A stretch of 64,000 nt of DNA from a virus (taxonomy: Duplodnaviria; Caudoviricetes): positions 38,246 through 102,245 of the IMG/VR virus record IMGVR_UViG_2883497546_000001. One strand, 5' to 3'. How positions within the stretch are numbered: position 1 is the first letter of the stretch; each line of letters starts with the position of its first letter. Below are positions 21,484-31,604 of this stretch, in pieces. A model generated the notes under the pieces. That model was not told the DNA's origin. It made no database searches and saw nothing but the letters and a program-made list of their open reading frames with translations. The translations under genes and the position numbers were made by a program.

Positions 21484-22011
21484 ATGTCCCGCCGCACGAA
21501 GCTCATCATCACCACTCTCTTCCTCGTGTTGCTTGCCATTCCCGCGGTGCATTTCTATTTCCATTGGCGACCAGAGAATCCATTGCGCTTCCAGATCGGC
21601 AACGCTGGAGCGGGCTTTCCTCTGAATCCACATGACCTAAGAGTGCCTGTCATCGTCCGCAACTCCAGTGCCACGCCCATCCATCTCCAGTTCGCTATCA
21701 TCGCGACGAAGAAGAAGGAGCAGGTTGGCGCCATCCTGCCTCCAGTGTGGCTCGGGTCCAAGACGTACGACGAAGTCGTCCCTCCCTACGGTACCTTGGA
21801 AATGTATTGCTCGGAGAGGAACTTTATCGCTGACGCGCGCGCTCCCGGGTATCTGCAGGTAGCGTACATCTGGGATTCTAACCTCAGGTACCGGGCGAAG
21901 TCCCTGTATGGAGACCTTGGCTATCGCATCTCTCAGTGGCTGTCCCTCGACCTCCCTTACATCTCTCCTGAAAGCGACACCGCACCGCTGGAAATCGACA
22001 CGGGAAAGTGA
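21484..22011 (+). CDS. Array paralogue 4 (175 aa), related to 2
   Basis: MSRRTKLII..VHFYFHWRPENPLRF. Confidence 0.9.
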   Translation: MSRRTKLIITTLFLVLLAIPAVHFYFHWRPENPLRFQIGNAGAGFPLNPHDLRVPVIVRNSSATPIHLQFAIIATKKKEQVGAILPPVWLGSKTYDEVVPPYGTLEMYCSERNFIADARAPGYLQVAYIWDSNLRYRAKSLYGDLGYRISQWLSLDLPYISPESDTAPLEIDTGK

Positions 22012-22098
22012 ACTTGCTCCATCATCCCCGTCCCCTTCCTCCCCGCACCTTGATTTGAAATCCCCAATCACAAATCAAAAAATCATAAATAGCTCCCC

Positions 22099-22689
22099 AT
22101 GTCCCGCCGCACGAAGCTCATCATCGCCGCGCTCTTCCTCGTGCTGCTCGCCGTTCCCGCAGCCTACGTCGCACTCACCTGGCATCCCGCATTCCCGCTG
22201 CGCTTCCATCTTGAAAGCATCGACTCGGAACCGTTGGAAGAAGACCCTCGCTATCGGGGGCTGCGCGTGCGTGTTGAAAACACCAGCCCGATCCCGGTGC
22301 ATATTTGCGGAGGTATGCTGTATACGAACTTTGGAATACCTGTCTTTGGCGGTCCTGAAGGGCTCCTTCTGCCACTCGAGTTTAGAGACGGCATTCCATC
22401 GAGGAACCCTGATGAGCCGGTGATCGTTCCCGCACACGGAGAACTCCACATTCGCGGTGCCCTGGGCGCCAAACTGACGCAGATCCCGCAGGGAGGGGAA
22501 ATTTCCGTGCAATGCACGTGGGAAACCGCAACACGTGCCGGGGCTGGACGTGCGGTGAATTGGATCAGATACAGCTGTCCGCAATGGGAGACAGGGCGGC
22601 TTCCCATGATAGAGCCCCTGAGAACGACAGTGCCGCTGGAGACCAAAGGTCACGCACCAGCACCACCGCAAGAACCATCCGCACCCTGA
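22099..22689 (+). CDS. Array paralogue 5 (196 aa)
   Basis: MSRRTKLII..WHPAFPLRF..VENTS. Confidence 0.9.
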   Translation: MSRRTKLIIAALFLVLLAVPAAYVALTWHPAFPLRFHLESIDSEPLEEDPRYRGLRVRVENTSPIPVHICGGMLYTNFGIPVFGGPEGLLLPLEFRDGIPSRNPDEPVIVPAHGELHIRGALGAKLTQIPQGGEISVQCTWETATRAGAGRAVNWIRYSCPQWETGRLPMIEPLRTTVPLETKGHAPAPPQEPSAP

Positions 22690-22736
22690 TTTGAAATCCC
22701 CAATCACAAATCAAAAATCATAAATAGCGCTTCCCC

Positions 22737-23291
22737 ATGTCCCACCGCACAAAGCTCATCATCGCCGCGATTTTCCTCGTGCTGATCGCCATCCCGGCGG
22801 CATACGTCATACGCACCTGGCATCCTACCAATCCGCTTCGATTTCGGTTTTCCGAGGTCCACCCTGAGGCGGACCTCAAAAAGGGCATTCGCAAGATCAC
22901 TGTCACCGTGGAAAATGCCAGCGATGCTCCCGTCCAGCTCTACGGTGCGAGTATCGAAGTTCCCAACAGCAAGGGCAGGGCGCCTGAGCGGGCCGGCTTC
23001 TGCGGTCCCTGGAGTCATAGCTCGATTGGTGGCGCGAGTAGACCTGTCAGGTTCGTGGTGGTCCCGGCCCGGGGTACCACCCGCATCACCGCTGAGCTCC
23101 GTACTGAATATATGACGGATGGCAAAAGCGGCCGCCTTCAGGTGACCTATCATTGGATGTCAGTGACGAAGTCCAAAAGTGCCGGACTGTTTAAATGGAT
23201 CCACGGAGGCAGCCCGCAATGGTTGCGCAGCCTCAGCCCTGATTTCAAGATCAAGCCTGATATTGCTCCCCTGGAAGGAGTCGCAGAGTAG
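22737..23291 (+). CDS. Array paralogue 6 (184 aa)
   Basis: MSHRTKLII..WHPTNPLRF. Confidence 0.9.
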   Translation: MSHRTKLIIAAIFLVLIAIPAAYVIRTWHPTNPLRFRFSEVHPEADLKKGIRKITVTVENASDAPVQLYGASIEVPNSKGRAPERAGFCGPWSHSSIGGASRPVRFVVVPARGTTRITAELRTEYMTDGKSGRLQVTYHWMSVTKSKSAGLFKWIHGGSPQWLRSLSPDFKIKPDIAPLEGVAE

Positions 23292-23368
23292 TCGCCGGCC
23301 CGCATCAACTCCCAAGGTCTCCCAGCTCTCCCTTTCAAATCATCAATCAAAAATCATAAATAGTCCTC

Positions 23369-23989
23369 ATGTCCCGCCGCACGAAGCTCCTCATCACCCT
23401 GCTCTTCCTCGTGCTGCTCGCCATCCCCGCGGTGTACGTCGCCCTCACCTGGAGTCCCGTGAACCCCCTGCGCATCCGCATCGCACCCGCCGCAGGGAGG
23501 GCTCCACTGCCCATCGAGCCCTTAGGCTACTACGTGCTGCCCATTGAGGTGGAGAATACAAGCTCCACCACCGTGCATCTGATGCATGTGTCACCTAGCA
23601 TCAGTCCTCCATCCAGTACGTCACGCGGAGATTCTGCGGTGGAATTACCCTTTCTTCTAAACCACATTAGGAGCTTCAGCATCGTCATCCCACCACACAG
23701 CACTGTCCCCGCGCATCTGACTATCTATCGCAAGGACCTCGCCATTGCGGAGCTGAACGGCTCCCTCTGGGCTAAATATGGGTGGGTCTCCATAAGGAAG
23801 GCCACCACCATGAGATTCATGGAGTGGATTGGCTCCTTCCCGCCTGGCTCGTGGTGTGAGCCTGTGCCACATCCCCGACCTGACTATGACTCCGTACCCG
23901 TGGAGTTTCCCAAAGGCACCGCCGCCTCTTTTGGCATCTCTCTGGAACCCACGTCTGGCTTTGAAGGCAGGGGCCCTCTCTCCAGATAA
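23369..23989 (+). CDS. Array paralogue 7 (206 aa)
   Basis: MSRRTKLLI..WSPVNPLRI. Confidence 0.9.
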   Translation: MSRRTKLLITLLFLVLLAIPAVYVALTWSPVNPLRIRIAPAAGRAPLPIEPLGYYVLPIEVENTSSTTVHLMHVSPSISPPSSTSRGDSAVELPFLLNHIRSFSIVIPPHSTVPAHLTIYRKDLAIAELNGSLWAKYGWVSIRKATTMRFMEWIGSFPPGSWCEPVPHPRPDYDSVPVEFPKGTAASFGISLEPTSGFEGRGPLSR

Positions 23990-24124
23990 AGATAAGGTCT
24001 GGCACCGGCACTCATCCCATTTTGCATTTTTCATGCATCACTTTTCACTTTGCATTTCTACGGCCCGCACCAGCGCATTGATTTGAAATCTCCAATCTCA
24101 AATCATCAATCATAAATAGCCCCG

Positions 24125-24730
24125 ATGTCCCGCCGCACGAAGCTCATCATCCTCGCGCTCTTCCTCGTGTTGCTCGCCATCCCCGCGGCATACGTCGCCC
24201 TCACCTGGCATCCACAGAATCCCCTCCACTTCCACCTGGAGCGCATCCATCAGGCCTCGGAGCTGGACCACAAGGGCGGCCGCAGGCTCCGCATCAGAGT
24301 TGAAAATTCCAGTCACGCGGAAATCCACCTCTTCAAGGTCCTCATGGAAGAGCAGGGGAACAGTCCGGACTGGGTGGACCATTCTGGGTTTATCAACGCA
24401 GAATCTCAGCGCGAGCAGGGGATTCAAGTGCAGGAGCATGCCATCATCATCCCTCCCCGGAGCACCATCCACCTCACCGGATATCTTCGTCCTGAGCTGC
24501 TGTCCTCCGCACAGCAGGGCCGCATCGCTGCCCACTACTACTGGAATTCCCAAATCATCCGAAAGTCGGAGCGGGGAATGCGTTGGTTCAATCAACACAG
24601 TCCACGGATGCTGCGGAATCTCATCTTCCTGCCTGAGTACCTCGTGGATGAGGCTCCACTGGAATCCGCCCCAGGTGTGGAGATTCCCCCAACTCCACCA
24701 CCACCCGCCACCACTCCCACCCGTGAGTGA
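24125..24730 (+). CDS. Array paralogue 8 (201 aa)
   Basis: MSRRTKLII..WHPQNPLHF. Confidence 0.9.
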   Translation: MSRRTKLIILALFLVLLAIPAAYVALTWHPQNPLHFHLERIHQASELDHKGGRRLRIRVENSSHAEIHLFKVLMEEQGNSPDWVDHSGFINAESQREQGIQVQEHAIIIPPRSTIHLTGYLRPELLSSAQQGRIAAHYYWNSQIIRKSERGMRWFNQHSPRMLRNLIFLPEYLVDEAPLESAPGVEIPPTPPPPATTPTRE

Positions 24731-24785
24731 TTTGAAATCTCCAATCATAAATCATAAATCATAAATCATAAATAGCGTCCCTCCA

Positions 24786-25337
24786 ATGTCCCGCCGCACG
24801 AAGCTCATCATCCTCGCAGTCTTCCTCGTGCTGCTCGCCATCCCCGCGGCATACGTCGCGCTCACCTGGAGTCCGAAGGATCCCTTGCGCGTCCGTTTGA
24901 TCAGTATGGATATGCCGGGGGAGCAGGATCCATTCAAACAAATGACCATGCGCATGGAGTTGGAAAATACCAGTACGGTCCCCATTTTCGTTGGCGATGT
25001 GGTATTCCGCGCCCGGCGGAAAACCGGCGTCAATGGCGATCCTATGTTCCAGAGAATCTACCTTTTCTCACCGGACGGTTCGTCGAACTGGTTCCACACC
25101 ATCGCACCGCGCAGCACGCAACTTTTCTCTGCAGATGTCACCGGGTACGACCAGGCGACGGTGGACATGGACAGCGCCGAGATGGTGTACCTTTACGAAA
25201 GTGATACGGAACATCGCATCAATGAACTCTGGAGTCGCGGCATCGAGCGCGTCCCTTATTGGATCACAAAACACTTGCCCGAGCCATTGAGCGACAGTGA
25301 CCAGGCTGCGGCATCCATCGAGCCCCCACCTCACTAG
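24786..25337 (+). CDS. Array paralogue 9 (183 aa)
   Basis: MSRRTKLII..WSPKDPLRV. Confidence 0.9.
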   Translation: MSRRTKLIILAVFLVLLAIPAAYVALTWSPKDPLRVRLISMDMPGEQDPFKQMTMRMELENTSTVPIFVGDVVFRARRKTGVNGDPMFQRIYLFSPDGSSNWFHTIAPRSTQLFSADVTGYDQATVDMDSAEMVYLYESDTEHRINELWSRGIERVPYWITKHLPEPLSDSDQAAASIEPPPH

Positions 25338-25396
25338 AAGAGGCGAAGCGTTCCTGGCAATAGCTGTAGATAGTATCGTGCCAATCTTCTCCCCCC

Positions 25397-25504
25397 ATGT
25401 CCCGCCGCGCAAAGCTCATCCTCCTCGCGCTCTTCCTCGTGCTGCTCGCCATCCCGGTGACATATATCGCCCTCACCTGGCATCCGAACCTAGCGGTCGA
25501 GTAG
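25397..25504 (+). pseudogene. Leader-only array stub (35 aa)
   Basis: Translates MSRRAKLILLALFLVLLAIPVTYIALTWHPNLAVE-stop; homology ends at WHP. Confidence 0.85.
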
Positions 25505-25570
25505 CATCAGAGGGATGAACACTTTGCATTTTTCATTCATCACTTTTCACTTTGCATTCCCCTTCGCGAA

Positions 25571-25972
25571 ATGAGCTCTACCGTCCTCTCCCAAGCCCTC
25601 GCCCTCTACGACAGGGCAGGGGAGACCCAGACCGGGACCCCAACACAATCCCGCACCTTCGAGGAGGACCTCGCCGCCTTCATCCACACCGGCCGCGTCT
25701 ACATCACGCCCACCTGCGTCCTCTTCGCCAAAGCCGTCCCATCTCACCGCGAGTACCACGAGCCCTGGGACACCTGGGAGCCGCATGAGTGCGATGCCTG
25801 GCTCGTCTGGCTCGCCGCCGGAGACCTCGCCGAGTTTTTCCAATACGTGCCCTACGAGCTCCCGTGGCTCGTCTGGGCCCGCCGCGACCGCCTGCGTAAG
25901 TGGCCCTACGACCTCGCCCGCCGCCACATCCTGCAGGAGCACGCAACCGCCGCACTCGAAACTCCCTCCTAA
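25571..25972 (+). CDS. Phage-type hypothetical protein embedded in the array
   Basis: 133 aa, FEEDLAAF, DAWLVWLAAGDL and LPWLVWAR motifs; strongly C-ending codons like terL; not an array paralogue. Confidence 0.75.
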   Translation: MSSTVLSQALALYDRAGETQTGTPTQSRTFEEDLAAFIHTGRVYITPTCVLFAKAVPSHREYHEPWDTWEPHECDAWLVWLAAGDLAEFFQYVPYELPWLVWARRDRLRKWPYDLARRHILQEHATAALETPS

Positions 25973-26047
25973 GAGTTATCCTTCCCCACGCGTCTCCATT
26001 TTTGAGATCTCAAATTTGAACTCTCAAAGCTCAAATCATCAATATCG

Positions 26048-26545
26048 ATGTCCCGCCGCACCAAGCTCATCCTCCTGGGCATCTTTCTCGTCCTGCTCGC
26101 CATCCCGGTCTGGCATGTGGCCAGCAACTGGAATTCTCCGAACCCGCTGCGATTCCGTCTGGTGAGCCGGGAGAAAGATGGCAAGTATAGCGAGCGGGTG
26201 GTGATTGAGGCGCGCAATACCAGCACCTCGGCGAGGTGCATCCAGTCCGTCGTGTTGCAGCGCGTCCAGGAGCCTTACCCGCCGTTTCTGGGGGTCATCG
26301 AGCTCGGCCCGGTGATACCTGCCGGCGGCACCTTGCGCGGCAGCACCTCGGTGCCCTTGTCAAACAGGGCATCCACCGAACCTGAGGCCTTGGAAGTCAC
26401 CTATTTCCAGGCATCCATCGCGCGTCGCAAGATGCTTCAGTGGTATGGATCGATTTTGACGCGTCTCCCCAAATTCCAACATAAGCCTCTCTTGAGGCCG
26501 TCCATCTACGTGGAGTCAGAAGTGACCCTGGAGTCATCTCGCTGA
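26048..26545 (+). CDS. Array paralogue 10 (165 aa), WHV.SNW subfamily
   Basis: MSRRTKLIL..WHVASNWNSPNPLRF. Confidence 0.9.
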   Translation: MSRRTKLILLGIFLVLLAIPVWHVASNWNSPNPLRFRLVSREKDGKYSERVVIEARNTSTSARCIQSVVLQRVQEPYPPFLGVIELGPVIPAGGTLRGSTSVPLSNRASTEPEALEVTYFQASIARRKMLQWYGSILTRLPKFQHKPLLRPSIYVESEVTLESSR

Positions 26546-26859
26546 TATCTCATCGCATCTCATCGATGGCATAGCGCGCGAAGCGCAGGGCCATCAGGCC
26601 AGGAAACCACAGGTGATCGTATCAGGGAGCTGGCACCGTGCAGCACCACTCAGTGCACCAGATCGCTTTGCGTCTTGGAGTGCGGTGGCACGGGCCTCCC
26701 TGGAGGCCACGACACCGCTTTGAACGGAGGAGTCTTGTCCTGATGTCCTGGAGAACGTCACCGGAATCCAGTATTCAAAGCCCGCGTCAAAGAGGGACCC
26801 TGGGAACTTGAAGTGACGTACCGCACATCACTCCCCTAATTAGAGCATTTTCATTAAAA

Positions 26860-27187
26860 CTATAGCCATAAGTGAGGCGAATAAGGGCGTACTCGTCCCG
26901 GAGGGACGCTGGATGGTAGTCGGTGGTGGAGGCCTGTAATCAGGCCGGGAACCACCGGATCATGGAGGAAAAAGATGCTCCGTCCCGGATGGGACGGCGG
27001 AAGAGGTGGCGATCGTCTTTTCCTCGTGCCAGGAGACTGTGGTGCTCTTCCGGCGTCCCATCCGGGACGCAAGAGCGTTTGGTACGTGGATCCGGTGGTT
27101 GCGGTCGCTGAGGCTCCCTACACCACCGGCTACCATCCGGCGTCCCTCCGGGACGAGCTGCCAAAGCTCAATTTGAACTGGCTATAG
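26860..27187. mobile_element. MITE/REPIN-like nested inverted-repeat element
   Basis: Termini CTATAGCCA..TGGCTATAG; inner arms CGTCCCGGAGGGACG..GGTAG.CGGTGG paired with their reverse complement; no transposase. Confidence 0.65.
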
Positions 27188-27331
27188 CGTTATTTAAAAT
27201 CTCTAGGGCCGCCCCGAGGGCCTTCGTCCACCTTCACCACGAGTGGCCACCCATTCACCCTGACGTTCCACCTCAGTCTGATTTGAGATTTGAGATTTGA
27301 AATTTGGAATCTCAAATCATAGATATCCCCC

Positions 27332-27916
27332 ATGTCCCGCCTCACGAAGGTCACGCTCCTCCTGGTCAGCCTCCCCCTGGTTTCCCTTGCGGCGGTGGTG
27401 CTCCTCCTCACCTGGTCGCCGGCGGATCCTCTACGCTTCCGCCTTCTCCACGTACCCGTGCATGTGAATGCTTCCACGGTCAGTGACACCTACACATCCA
27501 TCCCTCCCTTTGAGATGGAACTGCGAAACACCAGTTCCTTTCCCATCGCGCTCCAAGACATCAACTTCGAAGACCGGGGGCGCGCCGCATATCAGGGTGC
27601 GTTCATCTACGCGAGGCCCCCAGATATGGAAGAGAAAGTCTTGAGCTACGCCCAAGTCACCATTGCAGGTCACGAGACCCTTCGCATCTCGTATGATCCT
27701 GGTCCCTTCGCCGTGCCGGCGATGGTCGCGGATAAGCCAGACATCCGCTACCGCTGGAAACTCAGCATCCTCGACAAGCTGGAGAGCGGCTTGAAGGATG
27801 GCCTGAGGAAATACGGTCCCGAAGCATGGTCCGGACTTCTCCCTGGTATCGAGTTAACCACCACCCTGGCGCCACTCGACGTCTCCGCCTTCAAGCCCAC
27901 CCCGGCTACTCCTTGA
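27332..27916 (+). CDS. Array paralogue 11 (194 aa)
   Basis: MSRLTKVTL..WSPADPLRF. Confidence 0.9.
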   Translation: MSRLTKVTLLLVSLPLVSLAAVVLLLTWSPADPLRFRLLHVPVHVNASTVSDTYTSIPPFEMELRNTSSFPIALQDINFEDRGRAAYQGAFIYARPPDMEEKVLSYAQVTIAGHETLRISYDPGPFAVPAMVADKPDIRYRWKLSILDKLESGLKDGLRKYGPEAWSGLLPGIELTTTLAPLDVSAFKPTPATP

Positions 27917-28013
27917 AACACCACGGCATCCCATGATTTGAAATCTCAAATCATAAATCATAAATCATAAATTGCCTCCGCGTCTCCCCATCTCCGTCCC
28001 TTCCTAGCTCCCC

Positions 28014-28571
28014 ATGTCCCGCCGCACGAAGCTCGTCCTCCTCGGCATCTTCCTCGTGCTGCTGGCCATCCCAGCCGTTTATTTCGTGCTCAACTGGCAA
28101 CCGGAGAAACCGTTGCGTTTTCGTCTGGTGAGCGGCGCGGACGCAGGGACCGGTCTTCCGGAGGGCAACCGTCTCGTCTTCGAAATTGAAAACACCAGCG
28201 CCGTACCTGTCTACCTCGAGGGGATACGGCTGGTGCAGGGCGGGGACGAAGCAAATCGGCACAGTCGACTGGGCAGCTTCTCGTCGCGGATGAGTTCCAG
28301 CAACCCGACCAAGATTCCCGCGCATGGCGCCGTGCCACTGAAGGGGGAGGTAGTATATATTCAAGAATCCAGGAAGGTTCCCATGGAACGCTTCTGGATT
28401 GAATATCGGTGGACTTCTCAACCCAAGTTCCTGGTTGCAACCCCGCTTAAGCGGCTCCGCCTTCATCTTCCCACATCCATCGCGTCACAGATGCCGGCCG
28501 TCAGTGCAAGCGTCGATGTCACCCCACTCGAAGTCTCCGGCCTCACGTCACAAGCGCCCTCATCTCCCTGA
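28014..28571 (+). CDS. Array paralogue 12 (185 aa)
   Basis: MSRRTKLVL..WQPEKPLRF. Confidence 0.9.
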   Translation: MSRRTKLVLLGIFLVLLAIPAVYFVLNWQPEKPLRFRLVSGADAGTGLPEGNRLVFEIENTSAVPVYLEGIRLVQGGDEANRHSRLGSFSSRMSSSNPTKIPAHGAVPLKGEVVYIQESRKVPMERFWIEYRWTSQPKFLVATPLKRLRLHLPTSIASQMPAVSASVDVTPLEVSGLTSQAPSSP

Positions 28572-28864
28572 CCATGCCAGCACGATCCAAAGCCTTCCAG
28601 GCCTAGGTGTGTTGGAAGGTGCAGTTTACAGGATAGCCCCGAGGGCCTTCGTCCACCCACACCGCGAGTCGCCACCCGCTCACTCTGGCGCTCCACCCCT
28701 TTCCTCCTCGTACTCGTCATGGACTTCCCTTGCTTGCACGCTCGCACGCCGCACCGCAAGATGCAGAGAGGCACCGTGCTTTGGAACGAGCCTCCCCTGG
28801 AAGAACTCAATGCTGATGCTGATATCCCCTCGCTCCCGGCCCGCGACTGGCCCTTCTCCTGGAT

Positions 28865-30151
28865 TCACTTCTTCTTCTGCTGCTCCGCTGCCGCGGCCGT
28901 GTCCTTCAACAAGTGGTGCTCGGTGACGGGGACGTGATTGATGATGGGGGCGAAGGAAGTGCTTCCGATCTTCGTCTCAAAAGACATCACACCATCCTTC
29001 ACCACGTGGGTGAGCTGCTTCGACTCACCCTTGAGGTAGGGGAACTTGAGCCGTACTTCCCGGGTGATGCAGGGCTCCAGCAGGTAGTTGGGCACGGTGC
29101 GCTCTCCCAGCGTTTCGTTCAGCACGTCCCGCACGTCCTGCAGATGAGCCTGGACGGTGGCGGGTGGTCCGGGCGCCACGGTGATGACGAGGGCGCCATC
29201 CGTGCGCGTCTCGTACTTCGCCACGCTGCGTTCATGGGCGCGAAACTTGGTGAGCAGGGAATTCATGCCGATGTGCAGTGTCTTCGACTGCTCCGGAGTG
29301 AGCAGGGAATTCGGAAGGGGAGGCAGGGCGAACCCGTCGAGAATGAAGCCCCAGTCCCAGTTCCAGCGGTACCGCTGCACGACTGAGACGGGCATGCGCT
29401 GGGATTGGCCGAGGGTGTAGAGGTTTGCCGGGTCGATGGGAGCGGGGTTGTCCTTCGGGGCGGGGCGCGTCTCCTGTTTTGCGATGTCCCTGAGCTGCGC
29501 CGCGAGGCTGTGCGAATTGACTCCCTGGTAGTGAAGGTGCATGCGACTGCTCCCGGGGCGCATCTGCACAGGCGTGATCGCGCCCTCGTCCTGCACGAGG
29601 ATGGAGGACATGTTCAGCAGGTCGCGCACCTCGATCATGCAGAGCACGTCAAAGAGCTCGCGCTGCGGCGGCGTGAGGAAGGCCTCCGCGCGCGAGCGGA
29701 GGGTGGCGAGAATCTCCGCGTGCTGCTTGGGGTGGATGCGGAGCTCCCACTTGTAGCCGGGCTCGGTGGGATCCACGGAGTAGCAGCGCTGTGCCCAGTC
29801 GCGGAGATAGCCCTCCAGCATGCTGTGCATGACCCAGGCGACCTGGGCATCCACGCCCAGCAGGCGGCGTATCTCGTTAGGGCCGTGAGGCCAACATGGC
29901 TCCCCATTGAGCACGTCGGTGCGGATGTTGCGAAGCTGGAAGGCCTCGATGATCGTGGCCGGCACTTCAATCCAGGGCTCTGCCTCCGTCGCTGCGGTCT
30001 TGCCTGCAGCAGCGTTGCTGTCCGCTTGCGCCATGGCACCTCCCTCCAGCGTAAATGCCATGCCGAGGCACAGGCACAAGCCAAAGCAAAAGGGGAGGGC
30101 CACTAACCCTCTGAATATAGGCAGACGTGACGGCAGTGGAGAGGAGTGCAT
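28865..30151 (-). CDS. Exported hypothetical protein (about 428 aa), antisense to the array
   Basis: Long ORF with GC3 bias on the minus strand and an N-terminal hydrophobic signal; start uncertain. Confidence 0.8.
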   Translation of the reverse strand: MHSSPLPSRLPIFRGLVALPFCFGLCLCLGMAFTLEGGAMAQADSNAAAGKTAATEAEPWIEVPATIIEAFQLRNIRTDVLNGEPCWPHGPNEIRRLLGVDAQVAWVMHSMLEGYLRDWAQRCYSVDPTEPGYKWELRIHPKQHAEILATLRSRAEAFLTPPQRELFDVLCMIEVRDLLNMSSILVQDEGAITPVQMRPGSSRMHLHYQGVNSHSLAAQLRDIAKQETRPAPKDNPAPIDPANLYTLGQSQRMPVSVVQRYRWNWDWGFILDGFALPPLPNSLLTPEQSKTLHIGMNSLLTKFRAHERSVAKYETRTDGALVITVAPGPPATVQAHLQDVRDVLNETLGERTVPNYLLEPCITREVRLKFPYLKGESKQLTHVVKDGVMSFETKIGSTSFAPIINHVPVTEHHLLKDTAAAAEQQKKK

Positions 30152-30432
30152 CAGATTGATGGAGAACTGAGGAGGGTGCGACGGAAGCAGGAGCAGCGAC
30201 AGTGGCGAGGCGTCGCAGGCTGCGAGCCGCTCATCATACGACCTTGCGCGCGCGCTGTGGAAGAAGTTTTTACGAAGGCACTCACATGCCGGTGATGCGT
30301 GGAACCCTGCCTCCCGCAATCATGCGCCGCATCGTGATGCTCCCGTGCCGGGCTGAACTTCTCCTTGCGGCTTTTGCTCGCGTGAAGTCTTTCGTGTATG
30401 GAGTTTCGCGCCTGATTACGATAGCATTCCCC

Positions 30433-30942
30433 ATGTCCCGCCGCATCAAGTTCATCCTCCTCAGCATCTTCCTTCTGCTGCTGGCCATCCCAGCTTGGCA
30501 CGTGGGGAGCAACTGGAATCCTCCGAACCCGCTGCGTTTTCGTCTCGTGAGCCGGGAGAATGTGCGGGAGATAGATGGCCGCGTGATGGAGCGGGTGGAA
30601 GTGGAAGTGCTCAATACCAGCACCTCGCCGAGGTATATCCAGGCCACCATGTTGAAGCGTGTCCATGAGTCTTACGACCCATTTCTGACCGTGTTCGACA
30701 GCGGCACAGTGATACCCGCCGGCGGTACCTTGCGTGGCGGCGCCTCGCTGCCGCTGGCGCAGGGGGACTCCACCGAACCTGCCCCCTTGGAAATTGCCTG
30801 CTACCAGGCATCCATCGCGCGTCACCGGCTGCTTCCGTGGTACCTCTGGCTTTGGACGCGCCTTCCCGAATTCCTGAAGTTGCATCTCTGGGTGCCGGAC
30901 ATATACGTCGTATCAAAAATGCCCTTGGAATCATCTTTCTGA
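30433..30942 (+). CDS. Array paralogue 13 (169 aa), WHVGSNW subfamily
   Basis: MSRRIKFIL..WHVGSNWNPPNPLRF. Confidence 0.9.
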   Translation: MSRRIKFILLSIFLLLLAIPAWHVGSNWNPPNPLRFRLVSRENVREIDGRVMERVEVEVLNTSTSPRYIQATMLKRVHESYDPFLTVFDSGTVIPAGGTLRGGASLPLAQGDSTEPAPLEIACYQASIARHRLLPWYLWLWTRLPEFLKLHLWVPDIYVVSKMPLESSF

Positions 30943-31018
30943 TATCTCATCTTCCCTAGCACCTCCCACGTCCCGGTCCTGACATCACAAATCACCAGTC
31001 AAAAATCATAAATAACGG

Positions 31019-31528
31019 ATGTCCCGCCGCACGAAGCTCATCCTCGTTGGCATCTTCCTCGTGCTGCTGGCCATCCCAGCTTGGCACGTGGGGAGCAACT
31101 GGAATCCTGCGAACCCGATCCGATTCCGTCTTGTGAGTCGGGAGACCCTGCAGGAGATAGATGGCCGCTTGATGGAGCGGGTGGAAGTGGAAGTGCTCAA
31201 TACCAGCACCTCGCCGAGGTATATCCAGACCACCATGCTGAAGCGCGTCAAAGAGCACTATGACCCGTTTTTGAATGTCCTCAATAGAGGTACGGTGATA
31301 CCTGCCGGCGGCACCTTGCGCGGCGGCGCCTCGCTGCCGGCGGCAAAGGAGGACTCCACCGAACCTGCCGCCTTGGTCGTCTTCTATACCCAGGCATCCA
31401 CCACGCGTCACCGGGTGTTTTCGTGGTACTACTGGCTTTTGGGACATCTTCCCGCATCCCTGCAGGAGCGTCTCTGGACTCCTGCCATCTACGTTCTATC
31501 AGAAACGACCCTTGAATCCTCTCCCTGA
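31019..31528 (+). CDS. Array paralogue 14 (169 aa), close to 13
   Basis: WHVGSNWNPANPIRF. Confidence 0.9.
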   Translation: MSRRTKLILVGIFLVLLAIPAWHVGSNWNPANPIRFRLVSRETLQEIDGRLMERVEVEVLNTSTSPRYIQTTMLKRVKEHYDPFLNVLNRGTVIPAGGTLRGGASLPAAKEDSTEPAALVVFYTQASTTRHRVFSWYYWLLGHLPASLQERLWTPAIYVLSETTLESSP

Positions 31529-31604
31529 TATCTCATCTTCCCCAGCACCTCCCACGTCCCGGTCCTGACATCACAAATCCCCAATCAAAAATCATCAATA
31601 ACGG

